Assembly (NCBI RefSeq): GCF_000002075.1
Contig: NW_004797658.1
Span: 125,706-180,328 of the forward strand
Origin: Aplysia californica
Taxonomy: Eukaryota
Direction of reading: 5' to 3'
DNA length: 54,623 nucleotides
The notes below the pieces were generated by a model, which made no database searches, had not been told where the DNA came from, and worked only from the letters and a program-made list of their open reading frames with translations. The position numbers and the translations under genes were made by a program. Below, one piece after another: positions 26,602-40,552 of this stretch (its first letter is position 1; each line of letters opens with the position of its first letter).

Positions 26602-28050
26602 AGACACCTCAGTTTTTGGGCATGGGGGGATGGGGGGGGGGGGGGGGTCATTGACATAATCTTAAAGCCTGTTCATTTTACCTGCTTTTGATTGTAAATT
26701 TCCCCATATATCTTTAATAAAAAGTCAAGATATTTGCGATTGAATGAGACAGGGGCCGCCTGGTGAGAGAAATTGGCCACCGAAGTTTGGTGACTTCCAA
26801 AGCTTGAGTGTCCTTGGAAACTCCAAATTTGTGCCTTTGGTCAATATTCTTGTGCAGAATCCACACAGAAATGTGTTTTTAGGTGGACATAAAAGATCAT
26901 GAGGTGTCTCCCCCAAAAAAAAATAAAAACACAATTATCGTAAGGGTGAGAAAATGCTGGCTTCTTTGATTTTATTATTTGGATGAGCAGCTGATTTCAC
27001 CACGGTGCCTCCTCTCAATATATTGTAGTAATGAAAAAAAAAAAAACACCAAAAAAATTTTTTACTTCCCAGGCGAAGCTGTATCTTGCATACTTCTTTA
27101 AGATCGTCTGTCAAAACACAGAAAGTCATAGAGGTGAAAGGATGGAGATTCATTTTTTTGTTTCATCATGGTCATCTTCTATGTGACAATATGTATTGTG
27201 GTGAAAGTGAAAGTTTTGAGACGTATTAGCTTGTTTTATTATGATTATTTAATACTCAGTATGTGACAATTTGTTATAGAGGTGAAAGGTTGGAGATCCA
27301 TTCTCTTGTTTTATCATGAACAACTGATTTTTATTGTTTGTTTTTTTTGGTGTGTATTTTTTTACACCTTCTTTGACACAAATAAGATTATTTAGGAGAC
27401 AGGGTTTTGACTCTGCCTGTCAAGGCCTACCCGGGCTGAGAGAGATACAACATCCCTGCACAAAGACTGAGATATTCTATAAAAAATCCTGCCCACTTTG
27501 GTCTCCTGCATGCTACAGTGAAACATGTATGTAGCAGTCTTCATCACAGGTGCTGGTCGTCTGATGGGTGACAATATAATTTTTTATATTGTTGTTGTGA
27601 AAGGTTGGAGACACGTTCGCTCATTTTGTTGTGGTCTCTAGAGAGAGAGAATGTTGAGTTCACTTGTGTGCTTTGATGGTTCAAGAGAGTTTGATTTTAC
27701 CTGGAAGGAGCTAGACAGAGAGAGAATATTTTGTTTTATTTTACCATGGTGAATTTAGACAGAGAGAGAATGCTGGGTTTAATTTTATCTGCATGGACTG
27801 GATGGTTGGATACGAGGTTTGTTCTTTATTTGTATTTTATGGAAACAGTATATATATTGGTGATACTTCATGGACCCATACTTCATATATATGTGAAAGC
27901 GGAATTTGTCATGTTTGTAAATGTAAGTGAAAAATACTCAATTCAAGTTTTTTGTAGTTATTACTTTGTTGTTTCTCTCAACTTTACCTTGATAATAATA
28001 ATACAGTAATAATAATAAATGACATTTATATAGTGCTTATCCCCGATTAA

Positions 28051-28638
28051 TAGGGGCGGGCACGAGACGAGCCGAGTACTCGTTTCTCGTGAGAAACGCC
28101 CTTCCCGTCACTGCCCGGGCATTAAACTACTGCTCGGTACCAAGGCGTGATACTGCTCGTTGGCTTGACATAACGAGAGTGAGAGACATGAAATGACAAT
28201 GCAGACAGTGCCACCCATCACCGTGCCGTCCTGTGTGTGAAACTGAAAGGAAGGGGAGAGGGTGGCGAGACGAGGCGAGTGGGGAGTTGATCAGGGCCTA
28301 GGCCTAGGTCGTCTCCCTACCTTCCTTCACCACCTGCGCCTGCGCACCAGGGCAAGCCTAGTGTCTAAGTTTAGATTCCCGCAATGACCGGCCTTCCCGC
28401 TAAACGAGTTGCTCGTTCTGTGGGGCGAGAAAAGAAATCTCGGCCACGGCCGGCCTTCTCACTGAACGAGCGGCTCGAACTGTGGGACAAGAAGAGAAAT
28501 TGGTCTTGATACGAGAAGCATTGCTCGAGACACGAGACGGGAAGTATTTTTTGTTCCCGGGACCGGTCCTGGCGATAAGTAGGTCAGCTTCTCGGTCTTC
28601 TCGCTCGGGAAGGAAAAAGCGCTTCCCGCCCGTCTCTA
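28051..28638. mobile_element. hAT-type MITE
   Basis: TIR TAGGGGCGGGC / GCCCGTCTCTA, 8-bp TSD CCGATTAA/CTGATTAA, many CGAG subterminal motifs. Inserted in an older retroposon tail (TAATAATAA..ATTTATATAGTGC). Confidence 0.8.
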
Positions 28639-29569
28639 CTGATTAAAGTACACAAGCTCTGAGCCCTTTACAATACATTACAACAGTAACATAAAATGTG
28701 TACTGACCAAAAGAAGATCTCTCCAACTATTTATCTTATTAATGATGACATTGTACAGTGGCAACTTTTCTTCTATGTTCTCTCCACAACTCGCACTTAG
28801 CCAAAGTAACCTTCTTTGTTCTTTGCCGTAAATTCCCTGAAAGAACCCATTATACTGTAGTGTATAATAAAATACATAAATAAAGCACAATACCTTTTCT
28901 GTTTTATCGATTCCCATAGAAGGGAAGTGTGGTGAAAGTATGTCAGGTGATACAAGTACAATTTAATAGATGGCTAGCAGAAAAACATAATGTTATTATT
29001 AGTGATTACATCAACAGATGGAAACAAAGATGTTCAATTTTTTGTTTTCAATTGGTCAAACTGATCATATAACACTGATGGCAACATATGAATATGACTG
29101 ATGCATGCCATTGTTAGAGCGGCAAAGATAAGCGCTTGGCTGGTGTGAAGTTTTGACCACTGCTTGCTTACTAGACAGGCTACTCTGTAATTCATCTCGT
29201 ATGGCTTTCCCAAGGGACCCCCACCTCCCAAATTTCCATAAAAATAATATGTGTATCCTAATCCTAATCCGAGATGGAAGACGCCAAAGTAAAAATTTTT
29301 TTCAGGCTCTCTTGCAATTCCTTCTACGCCAGGTTTGACTGCATTTTTAAATTCTGGCTCAGATCATGTCTTGAAAAGTTAGGCATTCGTGGTGACCTCT
29401 GATGTCCTCAGGGGATAAAGTGAAGGAACTACATGCACTATGACTATGATGTACCACAAGACAATCTGATCTCAGGGACAGTCTTCTCATCTTGTTCCTA
29501 GTATGCTAAACTCTCAAATGTAACCTGCATCAAGATTATTGTTCTAAACTCAAAAGCCCCTGGACAGTT

Positions 29570-29740
29570 GCGTCAGTTGTCAAGTGGTCAGGCTGCTGGA
29601 CTCATAATCGTTAGATTGTGGCTCTGGGGTTCGAGGCTCAACTCGTTCAGACTTTGAGTCCTTGGGAAAGGCACTTTATTAACATTTTTCCTTTTGGCTC
29701 AGTCCTATTGGAGATGAACGTCAAATTCTGAGGTCCCGCC
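29570..29740 (+). mobile_element. tRNA-derived SINE fragment
   Basis: A-box-like CAAGTGGTC, B box GGTTCGAGGC, core-like GTCCTTGGGAAAGGCACTTTA, then GGAGATGAACGTCAAATTCTGAGGTCCC. Confidence 0.6.
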
Positions 29741-32700
29741 TTTTAAAAAAATAACCTTACGGGAAGGCGCGGGTCTTCAAAATATGATGTTTGGGTCAAA
29801 ATATCGATTTTCAACTTTTTACATTTTCGGGTTCCTGGATATTTTGGGAACCGATACCCCCTGACCTCCATTAGAAAATATTTTTTAAAAATCGTTTTAG
29901 GATCATTTCCTTTAGGGTACCTTCCTCAAAGTAGGGCCCATTTTTTTCATCAAATAAGCCCCAAATGAGCCCATAATTAGATGGAGATGACAACAACATG
30001 TCTCCACGTGACCCTAACATGTTTAGTATCGTTGTAACCGCAAGCTTCTCCTCTTCCAAACAGTAAAACAATCTTAAGTGATGCGTTTCTGGCAGTTTAG
30101 TTATGAAGCAGGACACACAACACCCCATTTTGTAAATCTTAGTTTGTTTTGAACAAAATGAATCCCCGGTACTAAAAATACTGACCATGACGTCAATATT
30201 CAGTCAGAGATTGCCGCGCGGTAGGGAATCTTCAACAGTTTTTAAAATGATTATTGCTACTGTTTTCTTTCGATTACAAAAGCCCGTTGGACTGTTTTCA
30301 CCAACGGAACCACCAAATTTGCTTTTGTGTTTGGCGAAACTTTATCGTGTTTCTCACTTATCTTTATTTTAGTTTTAGTGCAGTCTTGTCTGTTTTTGTA
30401 TGTTCATTCAGTACTCGTAAGAAAGTTGTGTTCAAATTAGTATACATTTCAGTTTGTTTTTTTCCCATGGTTTGCCCATGCATTTACTTTGATGTGTGAG
30501 TGGTGGAGGGTTGTTGGTAATGCAGGAGTTTTTTGTTTGTTTGTAGGTCGTTTTTGTGAGGGGGGGGGGGTAATGCAGGTGTTTTTACGCGTCTATTGAC
30601 ACAATTTAGATCCTTTAGAAAGCTGGCTTTCGACCCTGCCTGTCACTGTCAGAGCTGACCTGGACTAAGACTAAGAGGGATACCACATCCCAGCAGAAAG
30701 ACCCAGCTACTCAAAGGAAAGTCTCAATGCTCAGGAACCGAACTCAAGTCTCCCGAGTGGGATTGTGAAGCGCCTGATCGCTACACCACACATATTGATT
30801 GTTTGTTTTTTGTTAGGGGGTATGGGATTTTAAAAAGTGAGAAAACGAACACGTATGAGCGAGAGAGAGAGAAAAGAGAGAGAGGTGATGTGATGTTTAG
30901 AGATGATGTTGCATGTAAGAGTATTCTGTGTCACAGATCTCGTGAGGGCACACTGCACGTTTCGAAAAATGTTTGGTCAAAATAATAATATAGCTTGCCT
31001 TATCTTACAAGCTAACAATGAAAGAGACACTGTTATGAACGTTTTGCTAACTTATATACTTGCTGCCGTAGAGTTGAAAATTATTGTCCTGACGAGGCCA
31101 CAGTATTACATTGGTCATTGTTATTTTCGTTCACAAATATAATATTAATAGCATTAAAAAGTTCACCTCAATGAAAATTTCAAAGCTTATAAGCAAAGCA
31201 AACCTTTCCAAAGGAATGAAGGGAATTAACACAAGTGTAGGATTAGCTGTAGCGTTGTAAACTTATGAATTCCTTTACAGTGAACCTCGTATCCACCGAT
31301 AGCGTACTCCCAGTGAAAAGAGCTTCAACGGATTATTTCTTATTCATTTCAGCAAACCACAGGCCTCGGCAAAGACACTATCGCCGGGACTCGTGTGATA
31401 TCACTGTTATAAAAGAATCCTGTTACAGTGGGAATGAAGTTTTCGTATCTTGCAACTAATGATTAACGAATGGAACATTCTTCTTTTTAAAAAAAGAATT
31501 ACCCGCTACCTATCTATCAAGAGTATCCCTTTTCTTTACGAGTGATATCCCCCCCCCCCCCCCCACCTTTTCCTTCCGGTTTTTTTTTCCTCTAGTTTCA
31601 CAGTTTCATAGAGATTGGGTAAACATAATGTGAGATGCACATGTTATAGATCTGCGGTAGATCTAACGTTCGGAGCCTACTTTTCATTCAATCTTTTTTT
31701 CTCTCTAAAACAAGTCTCCCCACCGCATCAGGGGGTAAGATGACGATGTGGTACCAAACTTTGGCCATGCGAAGTCACTTTCTGAATTTCAATAAACACC
31801 AAAGTGAACCCAGCCCCCCCCCCCCTGCCTCCACACACGCATACACTGTAGGCCTACATGCACACGATATGACACATCATGAATTGTGTCACAATCAACT
31901 TAGCCTACCGTAGGTCACGTAAGTCCACTTCACCGTAAATGTTATCTGTTGCCTTGTTTCCTTTGCTTTTACCTGCCGTCTTGTCGATTTGTTTTAGTTG
32001 GGATTTTGTCAATGATTGGACCATTGTTATAGCCGAACATGTCTGTCCGAATGCTTGTTATAAATAACCTTTTATTATAGATTATAAAAGGTCGTGATTT
32101 ATGGATTTCCTGCCCTGGCCGGAATCCTGTTATAACCTTTGATACAAATGGGGGTCACTTTACCTCGTCTTTATCAAACAAATATGCGAGGGACTCGGGT
32201 TCAACGTAACAGTTTGCCCTGTCAGGTGACCCAAACGTTGATTCCTAGCGCATTTTTCCAACATGAATGAACCCAAACAAATCTTATCTAAGCCACTGGC
32301 GATCGGTCGACGAGGTGGTGTGAGAGAGAGGGGGGGGGGGCATTGCAAATAGCCTACATGTTGCACTCGAAGATCATTTTCTGCTATGGCTTACGAAATG
32401 TCACCTATCTGATACACTGCTTCATTTTGGGTACCCAATCATCGACCCCTTCACAGAAACCAATACATCAATGCCAGTTTCTGCTCCAGGTGAATATATA
32501 TAAATTAAAATACATACATATACATGTGTGTGGGTGTGTGTATGTGGTTCCGTTCCTGGGCGGGGTGACGCGAGTTGCTGCTGAGAAAAACTAATAATAA
32601 CGAAGTCTAAAGAGACATGAACATGCCTCATAACAAGAACTAAACAGCTTGTCCTGCAACAAGCAGCCCCTATGCAGTATCGTCGAAAATCATATCACAC

Positions 32701-34662
32701 CAACGGAGCACTCATAGTGTTAATGTGCTAGACAGGAAGCGCTTTAGTGAATGAGAGAAAGAAAAGAAGGAGTGAAGGGGTACTAAATTCTCTCCATTTC
32801 CCTCTCACCCCCCCCCCCCCCCCCTCGTCTCTTTTTCCAANNNNNNNNNNNNNNNNNNNNNNNNNNNNNNNNNNNNNNNNNNNNNNNNNNNNNNNNNNNN
32901 NNNNNNNNNNNNNNNNNNNNNNNNNNNNNNNNNNNNNNNNNNNNNNNNNNNNNNNNNNNNNNNNNNNNNNNNNNNNNNNNNNNNNNNNNNNNNNNNTGTG
33001 TCTCATCTCGAGTATATTGAATTATATATGTATATTTCAAACACACAAAAAAGAAAGAGGAGAGGTATGGATGATAGACGTTTGATAGGAAAGAAGGAGC
33101 GCATAACCAGAGCACCCTCCAACAACCCACTAGAGAGAGAGAGAGAGAGAGAGATTTGGTGTTACCTCGGTATATGTTACTGGAAGATTTTACCTATTTC
33201 CCTATATTACTAATCAAGTTTGGAAACCAAATATAGCTGGATAGTAGACATGTTCTCAAGAAGTCAAAAGAATCCCAAGATAAGCCAGGATTTGCCATGG
33301 TAGCTTGGCACATGCGTCTGAAATTGAAATGCTTTGGGGGCCGAAAATCTTGGACCTTGGACTCGACGGATTCGCTGCATTCAACGCGAAGTTCACTGTT
33401 TATCTTTTTCTTGTTAACAATCTATAATCCTATCCATTCTAGTAATTATATTTTTTAACGTAGCTCGTTATATGCACTATTGTTGACTAGCAAAAGGTAC
33501 TGTTTTTATTCCACAACATACGTGTTCATCACCGTGTCAACAATGAGTAAACGTCCAAAATGCAACATACAGACAGACTATTTACGAAAAGCTTGCTATT
33601 ACCAAAAATATGATAGACCATGCTGGTCTGACAGTCCCACTCCTGCTGGATATCCTATTTCATTACCGTTGTCGAGACTTTAGGACGCTCTTTCGTCCCT
33701 AAAGTTACAGCAAGGGCGGAGATACTCGATGAAATCATCTTTCGGATACAGAATCGAACTCGCGTCTTCAGCTTGCAATGCAAAATGCTTTGCTAATCAA
33801 TACCAATTATGCAGAAGTGATTGGACCTGAATCGGATTTTAAGTTTAAACTGTCGGCATTGTCAGGTATGTTATCAGTCATCTACCTCAGCTAACAGAAG
33901 TGAGGCTTCTTGTTTGGTTTCAGTGATGCCACTGTCTAGAGTTAAAGCCGGTTACCTTAACTTTGTGAGGAAGTTCAAGATGAAATAATTATATTTTAGG
34001 AAGAAAAAAATACATCTAACAACTAACACAAATTTTATCCTGAAAATCCCGCCTGTTCAGAAATGCACTTCAGTGTTAAGAAGTGTTTCTCCTATCGCTT
34101 TACTATTCTGAATAAAGTATGACTTATGATTGCCCTGTTTCAAGCTTTGGGATAACTTTGTTCCCCTTTCCTTGTGATATTCTCTAGAAATAAATGGTAT
34201 TATTTCATCATTCCAAACTGTATTCTTAATTCCATTTACATAGTTCTATTCCAAACTGGGTGACCGGTATGGTGCAATGGTAGATACTGGAAAAAGACGA
34301 ACACTACATTGAACTGTATGCGCTTGTAAAAAAGTAACAACAATGCGAACGCACTTTTTTTTGCGTTGCGTTTTCTCTAAAACGCAATATTTTTAGGGGT
34401 ATGGGGTTTTAGTGCAGCGAGATTTCGGAGGCTATTTATAGGATTCCCTTGAAATTTGGCCTCAGTGTGGGCAATTGGCGTAGTTGCAACCTGTTAGAGG
34501 CTTTCTTTGATTTATGAAATATTTTTCATATTACTACGTCTATATGCCTTAGAGGGAGTGATTTTAAAGAAAAGTTCGGTGTTTTAGCAAGTCATGTGTT
34601 AAAATCCAGGATATCTCGCTTATTATAAACGATATTTAAAAAAGCCTCTAACAGGTTGCAAC

Positions 34663-35434
34663 CAGTGGCGGTGGGTGAACCTAGATTTGGGTGGGGCTTA
34701 GGTTTCTTCCACTTTTTTACCACCAAAAAGCAAGCAATAAGAACAACACAGTGATGATGTTTCTATACTCACGGCGAGCCACGGCATTTTGAGAACCATT
34801 CAAACGAGAAGGGTCACCTTTGTCTGCCATCTCTTTGTTCTCCATTAAATTCTTGGATGGTGGGGACGAAGCCGTTTCACCTCCAAATTTCTCTAATTCG
34901 TTTTTATTTGATGAAAAAGTTGCCTCAAAAGTGGTTTGATGTAATTAATAACTGTTAAATCTCTGCGGCACAAACACACCGCATTCCAAACACACACCGT
35001 GNNNNNNNNNNNNNNNNNNNNNNNNNNNNNNNNNNNNNNNNNNNNNNNNNNNNNNNNNNNNNNNNNNNNNNNNNNNNNNNNNNNNNNNNNNNNNNNNNNN
35101 NCTGGGAGAGCGTGAGCCCTCTGTGCAGTGTTATTTTTTTCAAGTCTTCTACCTTTTTACAAGAGGGGTTTCATTAAGGAGAGACCGTGAGAACGGGCTG
35201 GTTGATTGCTGAGCCCTAAAGACATTTGATTGGCTGTTAGGTTACTATAGTTGTAAGCGGAGACAACAGTGATTGGATAAACGAGCAAGCCGCCAAGTTG
35301 ATCACTCTGTGTTCACTGCGGTTGATCAGAACAGTTTTAACTGCTTATTTCGTTATTTTCATTTGCCTTGGGGTAGACTTGAGGGTGGGGGTGGGGGCTC
35401 AAGCCCGTGAGCCCTTCACTACCCACCGCCACTG
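34663..35434. mobile_element. hAT-type MITE nested within an older palindromic element (~34390-35703)
   Basis: Perfect 14-bp TIR CAGTGGCGGTGGGT, 8-bp TSD GTTGCAAC/TTTGCAAC; contains gap 35002-35101. Confidence 0.85.
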
Positions 35435-36127
35435 TTTGCAACTACCTATATATAGATACTGAGTGTATTCTGTGAAAATATTAACTCTGTAGCTTTATAG
35501 ATAAGAAAATTACGCCTGCACTAAAATAACGCTTTATAGGGGGTCGTGACACCCTAAAGTGTAAAAATTTGCCCGGAGCGCTGAACTAAGGTACATCTGA
35601 CTACCTGAATAACGTACAAGACCCCCGAAGTCATATAAAATGCCCTTAAATGATTGCTAAGTCTGTGCATAACGGATTTAGAAAAAAGCATGCTTGTCTT
35701 CCCTTAAAGTGGTGTATGTAAATTTCACATCTTTTAGTGCCAAGATAGCAGACCTTGGAAGGCCACACATCAGCTCAGGCTTTCCATTTAGTTGCTTTGG
35801 GTCTATCCTTGCCCATTTACTCTTTTTTTTAAGAAATGAGAGCTAGATCTCCAAGGTCCTCATGTAGAATCTAGATTCAAATGTCTCAGAAAGAAAATTT
35901 GTCTCTTCCCGACTGTTTTCATTACCGAAGGGCAACCGTGGGCTACTTTAACTCGTACCAACTCGTTGGTTTTCTTTTCCTTCCAAGAAAATTTCAAGTC
36001 TCTAGCAATACTCAATAAAACTCTCACCACTCGGGAATCGCTTCATCACAGATGCCAGTGCGGCAGGTTACACAGGGAACAGTGTAGTTGGGTACAGAGA
36101 AGCGCAATGACACCACAATACATTTAA

Positions 36128-36362
36128 CCCTATCCATACGCCCTGGGGTCATTTTGTACCCCCGGGTCTGTATTCTTCACATTTTAGAATACTTCTAGTA
36201 GTACGAAGATCTCTGTGAAACTTTCAGCATTTCTCAAAAAATCATTTCGACAGACTGCTATACAAACGTACGGATCGGGTTAACGAGTAAGTTTCCTCTT
36301 TGGAAGTATTGGCACGGAGTTTCCCACTTCGTATGGATATAAAACCCCACGTACGGATAAGA
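36128..36362. mobile_element. piggyBac-like MITE, copy 1
   Basis: TTAA|CCCTATCCATACG ... CGTACGGATAAGA|CTAA; homologous to 40315-40552. Confidence 0.8.
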
Positions 36363-37019
36363 CTAATGGCCACTCAATAATGGACAAAAGAAAGAGATAG
36401 ACAAAAGCAAAAGAAGTAATCATGAGAAAGAAAAGTAGGACCTAGCAGCAGTGTCTTCTGACAAACGAGTGGTCAAATTAGAGGTAAATCATATTAAAAT
36501 TGTAATACTAATAGACCGACTCTACAAGCACAGCTTACATCAATTATTTATTTGTTTGAGTAAAGAGAAGCAGATCTCACAACTCATTTTTTTCTGACTG
36601 GGAAGTTAATGTATGCCTAGGTGCTTTTATGCCCCTACCAACACAATTTAGATTATTTTTAGGGCTTCCCACCCTGCCTGTCTGGGCCAACCCAGGCTGA
36701 CAGGTTTGCAACATTCTAAATTCTAGAAGGAAAGAATGAGATACTCATACTTGATAACAATTTTCCACATTTCAAAATTGAACTTGGGTCCCCTAAATTA
36801 TACGAGAGCAAAGTGCCTTACCGCTACACCACTGATGCTGATAGTCATTTTGTGCAGGGAAAAAGAGACAGACAGACAAGTAACTGAAGGATAGAAAAGA
36901 AAGACTTACCAGTGATGCCTTCAAATAATCTATAAAATAAGACAGACAGATGGAAACAACAAAGAACGGGCAGACGTAGGACCTACCAGTGGCTCCCTCC
37001 ATCTACAACTAAACTTATT

Positions 37020-37835
37020 GTTTTAGTAAGCATTTTACAGCACTTGCAACACAATTAGGTCACATTACATAAGTGCCATAGATTAAAAAGGTATTACAAG
37101 GGAGCAACAAACAAAAAAGGAGGAGAATTAAGGACGATCTAAATGCTTGATAGGAAAGAAGGAGCAAACTGCACTGGAGCACCTGCCAACCACCCATCCT
37201 CCAACTACACACAAAGAAAACATTTGGACAAAACAAGGAAAAATCCAAAAGCCGTGTACAAATGTCTACATTTATTCCTCATGAAGTATGAAGCACACAT
37301 AAATAATTTACAGCTGATGACGATGAAGATCAAATTAATGGAGTGGAAGAGATTTGCAATAGTTTCTCATAACCATGTGTAACTATTTATAGTATCAAGG
37401 CTAGCGAAAAATATATATTGAGGAAGATGGGAAATGGGAAAACAGAAAAAAAAAAAACCAACAGGAAAAAGAAAAAGCTTTCTAACTCCTCCCAATGTTG
37501 ACTATGGAGATATGAGAAACAGTAATCACAGCTTTCTGATGACCTTGCCATGATAAAGAACGAAAAATTTTCATGGCGTATGTGCAGACACGACAACTTC
37601 CACAGCACAAGAACTCCACGAACATCATGGGCAAATGAATTGGAACAGAAAGTGTTTTAGTACGAATTTTACTGCACTTGCAACACAATGAAGTCATACA
37701 AGTGCCGAAGATTTGAGGTGTTACTAGAGAGTAACGAACATGTAACAAGAAAAGAAGGAGGAGAGATAAGGATGATGACAGACGTTTGATAAGAAAGAAG
37801 GAGCAAACCACACTAGGACACCCGTCAATCACCCA
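37020..37835 (-). repeat. Two retroposon 3'-end fragments (related copies at ~16640-16800, ~22218-22290, ~33050-33130, ~41408-41470)
   Basis: Shared TTTTAC.GCACTTGCAACACAA..AGGTCA..AAGTGCC and GTTTGATAGGAAAGAAGGAGC blocks at 37022-37200 and 37655-37835. Confidence 0.65.
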
Positions 37836-40314
37836 CACAGAAAGTGAGGGCAGAAACCATACATACAAGTCAGGACATACATGGGAGAAAATATCATACA
37901 TCAGATCATGAGCAATACATTCATACATAATTCATCCCATCTCAACAAAATATTTCTGTTTCACAAGACATGGAAGTGTCTCACTCACACAACTGGTCAT
38001 CGCGCACACTCATCACCATACAACACGCTGTCACCCTGACTTACACACACCTGCCTCTATTCCACAAAACAACACACATTCATCCACGTATGCATCAATT
38101 CTAATCCCAGCTCAAACAAATAAAGTAATGACAATCACAACTTCATTTTATCTCTCATTCATAAACTGAAAACAGCAAAAAACAAAATAACGAACCATAT
38201 GAATGAATAAGAGATAAACAAGAAAGATTGTACAATTGACACAGATACAATACCAATGTAATGAATGTAATGTACTTCATAGAGGAAAGTATACAGTAGT
38301 TGAGACAACCCATCAACTCTACAGCCCCAACCCAACAATGTCCTCCCCAGTCTCTTTCACAAAACACACACAAAGACATTATTTATCAATCATACATGTA
38401 TGTTAGGACAAAGAACATTTGTGAAGAACGTCAACAAAATGTGTTACTTCTCCCACTCCACACATGGAGATATCTGCCAAAAAATCAGCCCCATTTTCTG
38501 TAAGTTTAACATGTCTTTTGTAACTTGTTCTTTCATACTTATACTATACATGGTACCGGTACAAATTCCACCTCTATCATATTTGATGTACTGGTATCTA
38601 TTTGGATTTCCACAGGGTTCACTCACTTTGTCAACATGCCTCACAAATCACTCAACGTAATGTAGAGGACGGGACAGTGACAGCTTGATATTTTGAAAAA
38701 CAACAACCCAAAATTGTGACAACTAAAAAAAATTATTCCAAAATTCAGGGCTCCTTGTTTATCTTCTTGAGTCTTTACCAAGTAGGTCTACAACAATGTA
38801 ACATAAGGATTATCAAGATTCATCTGTTTTGCCTATGTTACTGCGGTGGGCCACTGACTCTACTGGTGTGTGTGTGGGTGGAGGTTACCTTGACCGTGGT
38901 ACATTTATGCGTTGACCCCAACCAACCATCCATGACTACCAGCCGCTTGCCACATTGACTGGTTCATGCCCTGGACCTTACAGAACTACAAGGTTTCCAT
39001 TCTTCAACTTGTTTGGAGGGTACACTATACGTAAAAACTGAAAAATCCCAGACAAAGAGACACTACACATGTGAGAACCAAGTACGCCAAAAAAAAAGAA
39101 GGTTAAAGTTTCACTTTTTCATAGCCATCAATCAAAGTACGTTGTCAAAAAAATAAAAAATAAAATCGACTTTCATTTTCAGTAAATACATGGTAGCATA
39201 TATGTAAATTGTCATTAGGTCTTATCACTACATTTTAAATAATGAAGCATTGAATAAATCATTTAACAGTATGTTCTGGCCTGTAGGCCTATTTCTATTT
39301 CTTATTTTTTACTAAGATAAATGTTGGCTTAAGTAATCAATTAAAAAAAAGACAAAGATAGAGCATTTATGAATAGGACAATGAGACAAGATCATTTATG
39401 GTGCAAACATATATGACAATAACATGCATAATGTAGGAAAAGAAAACATTGACAAGATTTCCCCGAGAACAGCAGTGAACGACTACAGCAAACATCACAG
39501 CGTGATCTCAGAACTAACATGCCACGTGAGAACATTGAATCAAACATGCTTACTCCACTAATGTGGGAACCAAAAAACAATGTTTGAAATCCTGACGACA
39601 ATCCATGTTGACAAAACAGACATTACCACGCAGACAAATGCACACACAAAACACAGTGGTGGGGAGAAGACAGCAATTCTTCTCCTGTGCAAGCAACCAG
39701 TATCCACTTTTAGAAGTACTTTAAAAAAAATTAAAAACCTTTAAATATTCAAAATTCGAAACACACCCGGAAAACATGGAAGGTAACACAATCTTATTTC
39801 AATATGCTCTTACTGCTGACAAAATCAAATTTTTGGCAGGAACAAAATCCTGAGATATCCTACAACTACAAGTACAGACATGCCTGAGCCAGCCTGTGCA
39901 TCTGTCAGCTAAACACTAAACATCATTAATTAACTTCTGAAGTAAACTGAGCATCTGCAGTGGACGTTTTAACGAAAAGAGAGTGAGTTCTCCCAACTCC
40001 CGCAACCAGTCGTATTCCAGACCAAAAAAAATAAACCCCAATCAAAACTGATTATACAAAAATTCCCCACTAACCATGAGAAGCATACAAAAAGCCCGAA
40101 ACAAATCCCTTTAGCAGAGGACCTTTCCCCGCGAGTGCAACACTTCAAATGAAAACAAATTATGTCACATAAAAAAAAAAGAAAAAATATACACAACCCC
40201 CCCCCCCCAACAACAAACAAACAGACAAGAACCTAACTCAAACCGGCATGTACAACAGCAATCAACACTTACTCTCACCTTCCTCTAAACTACATCTCTT
40301 CCCTGCCTAATTAA

Positions 40315-40552
40315 CACTATCCTTATGCCCTGGGGTAATTTTGTACTCCCCGGGTTGTATTCTTCACATTATAGAATATTTCTAGTGCGAAGATCTCTTC
40401 GAAAACTTTCAGTATTTGTCAAAAAATCATTTTGACAGACTGCTATGCAAAACGGGATCGGATTAAAGAGTAAATTTCCTCTTTGGAAAGCGTGGGCACA
40501 GAGTTCCCCACGTCGTATGAATACGATAGTAAAACACAACATACGGACAGGG
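40315..40552. mobile_element. piggyBac-like MITE, copy 2
   Basis: TTAA|CACTATCCTTATG ... CATACGGACAGGG|TTAA. Confidence 0.8.

Noticed and set aside
29761-35703. One ~6-kb Kolobok-like element bounded by GGGAAG ends
   Set aside because: The terminal match is only ~7 bp, no transposase lies between, and the interior holds unrelated SINEs.
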